Assembly: GCA_038143065.1 (NCBI GenBank)
Contig: JAYQLI010000010.1
Span: 1-50,935, forward strand
DNA length: 50,935 nucleotides
Reading direction: 5' to 3'
From: Rhodospirillales bacterium
Lineage (GTDB): Bacteria; Pseudomonadota; Alphaproteobacteria; Bin95
Part shown: one piece after another, positions 1-10,576 of the stretch
Layout of the letters: each line of letters opens with the position of its first letter
Numbering within the stretch: the stretch's first letter is position 1
The notes under the pieces: model-generated
Database searches by the model: none
What the model was told of the DNA's origin: nothing
Seen by the model: the letters and a program-made list of their open reading frames with translations, nothing else
Made by a program: the position numbers and the translations under genes

Positions 1-274
1 AAACATCCATCCCTCCTTGATCTTTCGACTGGACTTCTTTTGCCGTATAGCTGTGTGTAACTGCGCCCGAAGAGTGTCGGGCTCTGCTCGGTACGAGATG
101 ATTGTGTAGACTGGACAATGAGACTTGAAATCTGGATGGTTTAGAGGCTGCCTCGCGTGAAGCGCTAATGTCTGAGTGGCGAGAGGTTGTGGGCCGCCCT
201 CCCCCAAAGCACTTAAGTAAGCCTCTGATGGTGCAGATTTTGAGCCACGCCTATCAGCTGGATTATGTTGGCGG
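1..274 (+). repeat. Repeat unit copy 1: conserved leader plus 5' fragment of a DUF2924-type gene, cut by IS6
   Basis: Aligns by eye with 12943-13215 (aaacatccatccctccttgatctttcgactggactt...gcctatcagctggattatgttggcgg) and more loosely with 46253-46479. Encodes LDGLEAASREALMSEWREVVGRPPPKHLSKPLMVQILSHAYQ. Confidence 0.85.
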
Positions 275-1091
275 GGTGCTGTCAGACTAACGAGCCCAAG
301 CATCAGGATTCATTCGACGCCCATTTCTATGAGGTCACTAAAGAGCGCCACTCGGTGAGAGCAGCGTCACGGTTTAGTTTGAATGTGCTACGTTTTGAGA
401 GTGACCTTTGTGAGTTGAACAGATTGTGATACGAGGCATGAATTGAGGCGAATTTCTGTAGACTGTGCATTCGTCTAAATCGAAGCATGGCCCTTTCTCG
501 TCGTCGAAAGGGTAAATGTGAATTCTCAACTCTGTTGTTTGCCCATCGCTTAGTAACATGCTTTCTCAAACAGCCCAGTTCTCTGGCTGCTGCACCGTAG
601 GACCCAAGCTTATCAGTAACGATTTCGTTGGGTGATCCATAGCGCCACATGGCTTTTTCTTCATGAACTTTAAAGCAGCTTTTTTGTCTCTCTTTTTGGT
701 GACATAGCTTTCTAGCACCTCACCTTCATGATCGACTGCACGCCATAGGTAATGTCTTTCACCATTTATCTTCACAAAGACTTCATCCAAGTGCCATTTC
801 CAATTACTGGACTGCATGCCCCCTGCTCTGCGCTTCTTGATCTGGCTTGCGAACTGAGAACCAAATCTATGCCACCAGTACCGAACAGATTCATAGCTCA
901 CATCGACACCGCGTTCATGCAGAAGGTCTTCTACATTTCTCAGTGAGAGTGGGAACCTCACATACAGCATAACTGCAAGTTGGATGATCTCAGGGCTAGT
1001 TTTGAAATAGCGGAAGGATAAAGGATTAGGCATGGCTAAAAAGCTATGTTCCCTATCGAAATCAGGCAAGGCGATTTAATCTGACAGTGCC
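275..1091 (-). mobile_element. IS6-family insertion sequence, copy 1
   Basis: Terminal inverted repeats ggtgctgtcagactaa (275-290) and ttaatctgacagtgcc (1076-1091) enclose an IS6-type transposase. No flanking target duplication is visible. Confidence 0.9.
327..1033 (-). CDS. IS6-family DDE transposase (frameshift near 655)
   Basis: ORFs 566..1069 and 327..650 join: YVRFPLSLRNVEDLLHERG, WHLDEVFVKINGERHYLWRAVD, IVTDKL, NNRVENSH. The break lies in a T-run. Confidence 0.9.
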
Positions 1092-1135
1092 TAGCTGGGT
1101 AGCCAATTTGTTATGCCAATCGTGGACAACGTGGA

Positions 1136-1151
1136 TTATTCTGACAGAGCC
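1136..1151. repeat. Orphan IS6-type terminal inverted repeat
   Basis: ttattctgacagagcc differs by one base from the end of IS6 copy 3 (ttattctgacagaacc, 47265-47280) and lies 60 bp beyond the end of copy 1. Confidence 0.7.
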
Positions 1152-1284
1152 CACATTTTGATAAATTGGAATCTAACATCACCTAACTAGCAAAATCATT
1201 TAAATAACAAAGTAATTTTTTCTTTTGTTTAATCGTTTTGAGTATAATATCTGAACACATGATCTATAAATTCTGGGACTGAAT

Positions 1285-1932
1285 TTGACAAAAGTATTGA
1301 CGTTTGCAAGCAGCAAAGGCGGGACTGGTAAGTCGACTCTATGCGTTAATTTGTCCGCTTACTTTGCCAAACTAGGCAAACAAGTTATGATTTTGGATGT
1401 CGATCCACAAAGGTCATCCTACGAGTGGATAACAGAAAGCTCAGAAAGTATTTTGAGTGACGTTTCAGCTATTCATTTAACTGATGAAAGTGAGATAGAG
1501 GCTATTATAGAAGCGACCGACTGCGATTTAGTTTGTATTGATTTACAGGAGTATTGATAATTCTCCTTTGTTCGCGTTAGCTATTGCAGATTTAATATTG
1601 GTGCCATGCCGCCCTTCAAGAGATGAAGACATTGTTGGGTTAGGTTGGATAATAAAGCTGAACGAATCTTGCAAACTTCAGTCAAGTACCCAACGGCTGA
1701 AGCAGAGATAAAGGTTATTTTGAATGCAGTAAATGCGCGTTCTGTGGTCTACCAGCACATCATGCAGCAAATTAAGAATGATGATATCTTTGTTATAAGT
1801 TCTCCCATTTCTCAGACCGTGTCATTCGCCGAGGCGAACATAAACCGAGTTTCTGTTTTTGAAATGAGTGGCAAAGCCAAAAAAATGATTTCACAAGTAG
1901 GCGAAGAAATCAGCAGTTACTTATTTAAATGA
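1285..1932 (+). CDS. ParA/MinD-family ATPase (frameshifted near 1550-1640)
   Basis: Deviant Walker A KGGTGKST, ILDVDPQ and CIDL. An intervening frame gives ADLILVPCRPS. The C-terminal part is in ORF 1645..1932. Confidence 0.85.
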
Positions 1933-1989
1933 CGCGTGACATAATAGTAGAGAATAGCACATAGTAAACTTTGCAGGAAGTTCAAAACA

Positions 1990-3329
1990 ATGGGAAAAAA
2001 GTTAAAAGATATTTCTCCCAAAGACGCCGTCATTGCCCAAAGTTCTGACACTGGAAGAGAAAATACAAAAAGTGCAGATAAAAAAAAGGGTTTTGACAAT
2101 CGGTCAAAAGCTCCCCAAAATTTATCGGATATTAAAACGGAAGGATCGCAGGAAAGTGTACAACACTCATCTCAGTCTCAAGAAAACAAGATAGATTATA
2201 ATCAAAAAGAAGCGGCTCTTATAATTGATAAAAAGTCAAGCGCAATTGATGTCAGCGAAGAACTAAACGTTGAACCTCATTCAAAATCCAACAATTTTAT
2301 AGGTACAAAAACCAATGAAATTTTAAGATCGGACTCGTTTAAGAATCTTACCAAAGCTATCTCTTACGATGAACTTTTTACATTTAATCGGGGAGGATTT
2401 CAGTTTGGAATTCCAGTGCAAAACGTAAAAGAAGTTATTCGCACTAATTTGAAATTAACACTTTGCCAGTAGATATGCCTGGGTGTATCGGATCGATAAT
2501 TTACAGAGACAAATTGATTCCCGTATACGAATGCCTAAAATTTGCTCTAGAAGTAGCCACTGATCAAGAGTGTGAATTATCTAAACCTTCATCGCTAATT
2601 CTAGTTAAGATCGACGAAATTGAAGTTTGTTTTACAATTGACCGCCATATTGACGTAATATCAGTTCGAACAGGAAAACAAGAGCTCTTTACAGAGTATC
2701 ACTCTCAGAGAAAGTACGATTATATAAAGCAGACGCTTGGTTACAAGAACTCTAACCTCTTGATTTTATCATTGGAAAGGGTTTGGGCTGATGTCAAAAT
2801 TAATCGACTTAATCAAAGTATCGTGGACCTTACAAAACCGCTTAGTGACAACAAAGCGTCAAAAAGCTTTAAACTTAAAAAGAGTTCATATATGCTCCGA
2901 GTAAATGCCTTTCATTTTGTGGTTGAAATTGCAAAAGTAGTGGAGATTATCCAAGGTTTTGATGTCACGCCAGTATACGGGCAAAGTAAATTTGTGCGGG
3001 GTTTAATAAATCTACGTGGACAGGTTTTGGCGTGTATAGATATTTCAACATATCTCGGCTGCAACGGCTTAATTCTTGATGAGCGCAACAAGTATCTGGT
3101 CCTAAAGTACGAAAATCAAGAATTCGCGTTATGCATTGATGAAGTTTTTGGAATGCAAGCGCATGACCTTAACGGGTTTTCGAATTCATCACAGGTCTTA
3201 TCTGAGGAAATTGCAGAATTGTTTCCCAGTTTAAGTGAAACCAACGCTCAAACGATACTCCAGCTTTCAGTAGAGAGCATAATTCAATCTAGTTATTTAG
3301 AGCCTTTTCATAAAGACAAATTAAATTAA
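1990..3329 (+). CDS. cheW: Tandem CheW-domain protein with a hydrophilic low-complexity N-terminal extension (frameshift near 2462)
   Basis: CheW-like 1: FGIPVQNVKEVI...PGCIGSIIYRDKLIPV. CheW-like 2: IAKVVEII...FVRGLINLRGQVLACID...FALCIDEVFG. Confidence 0.8.
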
Positions 3330-3486
3330 ATTTTGGCGAGCCAACCGGGCACTTACCAATCACAAGATCTAAACAAAATGGTTAGCTCAAATTGATAGTA
3401 AGGTTTATCTAAAGATTCGAGAAATACATCCTAGTTGACAATTGATTTTAATAGTCCGCCGTATAGAAAAATGCTACACTGATCTC

Positions 3487-6400
3487 ATGAAAAAGTATGA
3501 TCACGAAATTTTGCAAATTCGGGAAGAAAAGTTTGAAGAAGAAAATTCTTTGGTTGATGAGATCTATCAAAGTGAACTTGAAGATTTTTTACAGTACATT
3601 TCAATAACGGCTCTAGAAGTAATTAAGATTGTAAAATCTCAACATGATGAGCCAGAGGAAAAATACTCTGAGGCATATCAAAAGTGTTATCTCTGTTTAG
3701 GTATGTCTAGAGTTTTCAAGATAAATAAATTAACGCGCATCCTAGAAATTTTAGAGTTTGTTATAGACTACGGAAGGTTGAATTTAGATTTTTCTAAATA
3801 CTCAATGATTTACCTTATTGAACTAATACTCGACGCTTCTAATACAATCTTGAACGAATTTATTGAGAATGGAACATCCAAATTCAAATTAGACGACATC
3901 ATCTCTGAATGTGAAACATATCTGCAGACGCCGCTAAATCAGCACAACTTGGAAATCGCCTCGTATTATGAAAAAAATGAGGATGAAGTTTTAGATAGTA
4001 CATTGAAGGAAGGCTCCTCTTCAACAAAATCTTCGAACTTCACAAATGAAACTTACGATTTGCAGGAAGAAATCTTACCACCAAAACAATTCGAAGAAGC
4101 GATAGAATTACTTGAGTTTTCTCCGGAGAAGGCTGCTTTAGTTAATGAATTTTGTGCCGAGGCGTCAGATAACTTAGACCAAGTGGAACTGGCACTTATC
4201 GAGTTGGAAGGAAGTGAGAGCCCAACCGCGATTGTTAATCAAATATTTAGAAGTGTTCACACAGTCAAAGGTGGGGCAAGACTGCTGGAAGTTCGAAAAA
4301 TTGAGGCTTTAGCGCACCAAATGGAAAGTCTTCTAGATGACATACGAAGTAATAAAATGTCAGTCAGCGAAAATCTTATTGATATTCTAATGGAAGGTAA
4401 CTCAACGCTTCTGGAGATGATCAAAAAAGTTAGTAGATTCGATGGAATTGACACTAACGTAAATGACCTGATGCATCAGATCTATCTTGCACGGGAAGGG
4501 TGAAAAAGAACGGCCTGACATTTCTGGAATTCAGGAGCAAGTTTCAGACGTTTCGCAAGTAAAAAACCTCGAAGAAAAAATAACTGAAGCCAAACAAACC
4601 TCCGAAAAGTTTTCTAGCGTTTCTACCGAAGAAAATATCCGTGTTCCCGCTGGTAAACTAGAAGAAGTACTCAATACTGCATCACAAGTTTTTATTACGC
4701 GTATAAGATTACAAAACGATACTCAACTTTTAGAAACTGCCATTTCAAAGATGGAGAGATTAACGCGATCTGCAAAGTTAGATAAAGTAGCAGACAGTTT
4801 GATTGGCCTAAATGAGAAATGCGCCGAATTAAGACTTCAACTTATCTCGTTAAGTTCATTGAAAAGCCATGCTTCTGAAAAATCATTGGGAATTGTAAAC
4901 GAAATTTCAGATATTCTAACGAGTAAAAATTTTAAAAATTTGTCTGATTTACCAGCTGAAGCTCGGTTAACCTTGTTGCGCGTTGAAGATATAAGAAAAC
5001 AATTACAAAAAAATGTAGATGAGTTAGAAGGTTTAAGCGGTCGATTACAAACTGGAGCTATGGGTTTCAGAATGGTGCCGGTAGGGCAACTGTTAAACAG
5101 GTTTCCGGCACAAGTAAGAGAACTATCTAGAAAAATTGGCAAAAAAAACTAAACTTTCTATCTTTGGAGCAGACACAGAATTAGATAAAATTTTGATTAA
5201 TCAATTAGCTGATCCACTTGTTCACATTTTGCGCAATTCAATAGACCATGGCCTTGAAGAAGCTGATATACGCAAAAAGCTTGGTAAAAATGAAATTGGT
5301 GAGTTAAAGATTCGTGCATTTTACCAAGGATCAAATGCAATAATCGAAATTTCAGATGATGGAGCAGGAATAAACATAAACAAAGTTTTGGCGGCAGCGA
5401 TAAAACAAAATTTAATTACAGAAGAAGAGGCCAACGGGCTAAATGAACGCGATGCGATAGAATTTGTTTTTGCCCCCGGACTCTCAACCGCAAAAACTGT
5501 GACAGAACTTTCTGGCCGCGGCGTCGGAATGGACGTTGTTAAAACAGCTGTTTCCGCCGTACAAGGCTCAGTAAGAATTGAGAGCCAAAAAAGGGGGTGG
5601 GAACCACAGTTTCAATTAAACTGCCTCTAACTCTAGCAATTGTTGGAATATTATTAGTGGCTGAAAACGGCCACCAGTTCGCTTTTCCGTTTTAAATGTA
5701 ATTGAAGTGCTTTCGATAAAAACAAACGACCTTAAAAAGGTTGGTGATAGCTTGGTTCTCAATTATCGAGGATCAACACTTAATATAAACTCTCTTTCAA
5801 AGTTTTTGGGATTTACGCCAAGTTCATTCGATGAAAGTGAATACTCAGTTGTTGTCATTACAGACGGTGAACGCAAACTTGGTATCATCGTTAACAAAAT
5901 TATGGGAAGGCAAGACGTCCTAACAAAACAGTTTGGGTCTCTTCTAGATCGAATTGAATATATGATGGGTTGTACCATCCTGTCCGATGGAAGTTTAATT
6001 TTAATTTTAAACGTTTGGGAGTTGCTTTCGACAAAACAGGCAAAGCAATTGCAAATTCAAGACCCAATAAAACAGAGTGATGTAGTAACTCAACGATCTG
6101 CGCACAAAATATTAGTCGTCGATGACTCGCCCATGCAAAGAAATCGAATTGGCGCAATTTTGGACCAAGCAGGATATTTATTTGAAACTGCTACAGACGG
6201 ACACGACGCCCTCGAAAAAACTCGATTGACGGAATTTTCTGCATTTTGCGTTGATATAATTATGCCTCTGATAGATGGTTATGAGTTCATCGAGCGACTA
6301 CGCGATGAAGAAGGTTACACAGACGCGACGGTATTTATGATTACTGGAAAAAATATTGAAGAGGGTGCTGAAAAGCGACGGTTATTTGCGCTTCAAGTGG

Positions 6401-6495
6401 ATAAAGTTTTTGAAAAACCGGTTCCTGCAAAAGAGTTTATCGTCGAACTAGATAAAAAGTTGCTGGTCACCGATGCTTGTAAGGGCGCACAATGA
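3487..6495 (+). CDS. cheA: Hybrid CheA histidine kinase (Hpt, dimerisation, HATPase, CheW, C-terminal receiver), split by frameshifts near 4500, 5145, 5590 and 5690
   Basis: IFRSVHTVKGGA (Hpt His), IRVPAGKLE, RMVPV, DPLVHILRNSIDHGLE, SDDGAGI, FAPGLSTA..VTELSGRGVGMDVV, LPLTLAI, GCTILSDG, and receiver ILVVDDS...VDIIMP...KP. Confidence 0.92.
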
Positions 6496-8535
6496 TTAAA
6501 AAAATTCGCAAGCAAGCGTCTCCGAAATAGAAATTCCACAATTGAATTTTGTGGTTTGCATAGAAAACCAGCTTTATAAAAACTATTTAACCAAAGCGCT
6601 CAAAACGTTCTCAAGCTATAATGTTTTATTCATTGATAAAACAACTATAGCGAACGCGGTTGCCGAGAATTCAAACGTCATCCTCATATTACAGTCAGAC
6701 GACGCTGAATACCAACTAATTGAAATTGCAAGTAAACTAAAAAGAGTTTTTTCTAATGAAATTAAAATTATATTTCTCTCTCTTGATTATATTTTAGAGC
6801 CGGAAATTTCGGCAGTAGTAGATAAATTTTTGCAATTTCCACTGCTTGCAGAAGATTTAGTAGATGCCGCGATACAGATCGTTTCACCAAATAATAAAGT
6901 CCTTTTAATTGACGACTCCAAATTAGTGCATACAACCATAGTCGGCGACCTGGATAAGGCTGGTTTCCAAGTGTTTCAAGCTTTTGATGGAGAAGAAGGT
7001 TTTAACAAAGCATCAGAGGTTCATCCAGGCGTAATAATATGTGATATAGAAATGCCAAAGATGAACGGATATGAGACCTGTAAGGCTATCAGAGAGAATA
7101 AAGACTTAGTTGGCACGCATATCATAATGTCAAGTACGTTGGGTTCAGCAGCTGACCAAAAAAAGGGCTTTGAAGTTGGTGTTGACGAATACATTACAAA
7201 GCCCGTTGATATTCCAGAACTAATTGAACGGATAAGTAAGGTTTTTAGTAAGGCAAGTTCTGGTAGAGAAAACATAATTTTGCTGGATAAAGGCACAAGA
7301 TCCATCAAGGATATGAAAATCTCGTTGACCAAGCAGGGCTTTAACGTTCGAGAAACAGACTCATAAAATCTGCAATAAAATCCCTTAATCGTTTATCGGG
7401 CGACTTGGTGATTTCTGAAATTGAACCCAAAGACGGCTCCATAATTGATCTTTTTCATGAATTGAGTTTTTTGGATAAAAGCAAAGCTCCAGATATCCTG
7501 GTAATTGTCGAAGCCGACGACAGATCGGATGCAAGAATGGCAATAAATGCTGGAGCTGCGGGGGTAATTACTAAGCCCTTCACCATGGACGCACTACTTG
7601 CACAAGTAGAACGCTCTTTAGCTGACCGGCGTTCAAGAAAAGAAAAAGAACAACTGGGTCGCTACGTGTCCAAAGCCTCAATGCGAATGGCAATCGAAAA
7701 GGCTATACTTGATAATGACGATAAGCAAGCAAGAGCTGACAGAAAGTCTGCTAGTGTTTTTTTTAGCGACATTGCTAACTTTACTGATAGATGCGAACGT
7801 TACAACGCAAAAGAAATTGTAGAACAAATTAACTTACTTTTCGAAGTCATGACCCGAGTGATAATGAAAAATCATGGTGATATTGACAAATTCATTGGTG
7901 ACGCCTGCATGGCATTTTGGCTGGATGAAGCAAGTATCTCTTCAAGTGATGCAGTACTAAAAAGTATATTAGAGATGCAGGAACAAATTGAAGTTATGAA
8001 CTCCGAGCATCCTATTTTATCGCAAGATCCTATTTTGGTCCGTATGGGTGCAAATAAAGGAGAGGTTATCTTGTGTGATATTGGTGCCGCTGATGCTAGA
8101 GTGGATTTAACAATAATTGGTGACTGTGTGAATGTCGCTGCGAGGCTCGAGTCGGCATCGAAACAATATGGTTTGACCAACTTAATAAGTGAAGAAACTG
8201 TCAAAGGTAATGAAAAAAAATATCTTTGTCGAATTGTTGATAAGGTTCGTGTCAAAGGAAAAATAGAACCTTTAATTTGCTATGAGCTTTTATCCGTATC
8301 TGGGTCTGCAAGTAAAAAACAGTTGGAATTAAAAAATTTATTCGAGATGGGCTTTAGAGACTACCAAAACGGAGAATTTAGAACAGGTCTTGCTAAATTC
8401 CAACAATCCAAAAAACTTGAACTTGATTTAAATTCTGACATCAATCCATCATCAGTATATATTGATAGGTGCCAATACTTGATTAACAATCCACCCAAAG
8501 ATTGGGATGGCATTTGGTCTCTTACAGAGAAATAA
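6492..8535 (+). CDS. Multi-receiver class III adenylate cyclase (frameshifts near 6540 and 7365; exact start uncertain)
   Basis: A canonical receiver (LIDDS...ICDIEMP...ITKP) is flanked by two degenerate receivers. Cyclase motifs: FFSDIANFT, DKFIGDACMA, RVDLTIIGDCVNVAARLES. C-terminal WDGIWSLTEK tail. Confidence 0.85.
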
Positions 8536-8537
8536 CG

Positions 8538-9374
8538 ATGACGAAAGATGTTAATTTATGTGAAAATTATCCGCTCATAAAAAGAAAATTTCTTTCACAA
8601 TTTGGTCTGATTCTTCCAGAAAGCTTGGAAGCTTCACATAAGAGGAAACTATCAGAGCTCAAAAAAAATGGGCCCAAGAAACAATCACAATTTAGTGGGG
8701 TAATTTGTGATAATGAAGCTTTAGACGAATATTTACTTGCGTTAGTTGAAATTTTCACGGTAAACCACACGTCGTTTTTCAGAATAAAAAAACAATTCGA
8801 ATTTCTAAAAAATATTGTTCTGCCTACTTTGACAAAACAATTCGTCAAAAATAATAAGAAATTCAAACTCAGGTTCTGGAGTGCCGCAGCGGCTTCTGGA
8901 GAAGAAGCATACTCAATCATGCTGACTGTTTCTGACTTTGTGAAAGATTGCAATTTGGACTTAAATACTTCAATTCTTGCAACAGATATCGACATCACAT
9001 CACTAGAAACGGCAGCGAAAGGAACGTACAAAAATCATAAAATTGAAGGAAAGTTAGATCCTCAGCACTTCGAAAACTTGATAGAGCAAGCTGAGGGGAG
9101 CCATCAATTCTCGGATGAAATTCGTCAGAAAGTCGAAACCAAGTTTTTAAATTTAAATTCTAAAAACTATAACCTTAACGATAAATTCCACGTGATTTTT
9201 TGTAGAAATATTTTGTTTTATCTATCTGATGATAGCCGGGTCCGATTAACAAAGAACTTGCTGCAGCAATTGGAAGGAGGAGGTTATCTTTTTTTAGGTA
9301 CTAGTGAGACGCGATTAATTCATAGTCCAAACTTGGTGCAGGTTGGGCCCGCAATTTACAAGAAGAGGCAATAA
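8538..9374 (+). CDS. cheR: Chemotaxis methyltransferase CheR
   Basis: TVNHTSFFR, WSAAAASGEEAYSI, ATDID, IFCRNILFY, GGYLFLGTSE. Confidence 0.92.
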   Translation: MTKDVNLCENYPLIKRKFLSQFGLILPESLEASHKRKLSELKKNGPKKQSQFSGVICDNEALDEYLLALVEIFTVNHTSFFRIKKQFEFLKNIVLPTLTKQFVKNNKKFKLRFWSAAAASGEEAYSIMLTVSDFVKDCNLDLNTSILATDIDITSLETAAKGTYKNHKIEGKLDPQHFENLIEQAEGSHQFSDEIRQKVETKFLNLNSKNYNLNDKFHVIFCRNILFYLSDDSRVRLTKNLLQQLEGGGYLFLGTSETRLIHSPNLVQVGPAIYKKRQ

Positions 9375-9381
9375 ATTCACT

Positions 9382-10474
9382 ATGCGGCGTCAAATCAAAC
9401 TTTTAATAATTGAGCCAAATGTATTGATTAGGAAAACTCTACACAATTTTTTTGCAGATCTAAGTGGATTTAAAGTTATTGGTCAGGTTCATGACGCTCA
9501 AATCGCGCTTTCAAAGGCATCTTTAAATTTTCCGGACATAATCATCTTTGATGTAGTAGGTAACGACGAAAATGAGATAGCCACATTGAAAAATTTGCTC
9601 GCTGACTTGAGCATACCAGTAATTTTTTTTTCAAATATGCGCGAAGAAAAGATCGCTAAAAACGCAGCTCGGTTAGGTTGCATTGATTGGTCCATAGTTA
9701 AAAAACCTACGACAAATGTTAAAAACGGAACAATTTTAGCTCTACCACAACTTAAAAAAGTGTTGAAACAGCTGCATCTGCGTTCGACCATGCGTCTCGA
9801 AAATTTCAAATCAACTTTCAATTCAACAAAAAAATGTTTGTTGACAACATCAACGGCTGGGCCTGATGCGAAAAGTCAGGGCCATAGAATGTTTAACGCT
9901 ATGTCACCTAAATTAATTGCAATTGGGGCGTCCACCGGTGGCGCGGCGGCTTTATTGAAGATCCTGTCTTCATTACCAACGCATATGCCGGGCATTGTAG
10001 TGGTGATTCATATGCCGGCTAACTTCACAAACTCTTTCGCAGCTAGGCTTAATCAACTTTGCGAGATAAAAGTTTTGGAAGCACGAGACGAGCAAGAAAT
10101 AATGGCAGGGCAAGCAATAATAGCTCCCGGAAATCGACATGTCCGAGTGAAAAAATGGTAACAAAGTGTATACTGAATTGGGAAGCTCAGATCCAGTCGG
10201 GGGATTTTGCCCATCTGTGGATGTTTTGTTTAAATCAGTCGCTATGAACGTGGGCGAAGCGTCAAGTGGAGTTATTTTGACCGGCATGGGCAAAGACGGC
10301 ACAGAAGGTATGGGGCAAATTATGCGTTATGGAGGTTTGACTATTGCCCAAGATCGTGGATCTTCGGCAGTCTATGGTATGCCAAAGTCTGCAATCGCTG
10401 CCGGGTTTGTGAAAGAAATAATTCCTTTAAATGAAATAGCAAAACGCTTGATTAAAGAATTTTCAATATCGTGA
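9382..10474 (+). CDS. cheB: Chemotaxis methylesterase CheB with N-terminal receiver (frameshift in A-run near 10155)
   Basis: Catalytic motifs IGASTGG, VIHMP, PSVDVLF, ILTGMGKDG, AQD...VYGMP. Confidence 0.92.
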
Positions 10475-10576
10475 GGCAGTTTGAACCCCTCTCTGCTCTG
10501 GCAACAAAGTTTCGACTTCAAAGAAAAAAACATTTAAACTATAGCGCTCGTTTTAATTTTTTCAGTGTTGAAGCTG

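Noticed and set aside
1285-1932. Plasmid or chromosome partition system
   Set aside because: No parB, rep gene or iteron/parS array is nearby, and the context is chemosensory.
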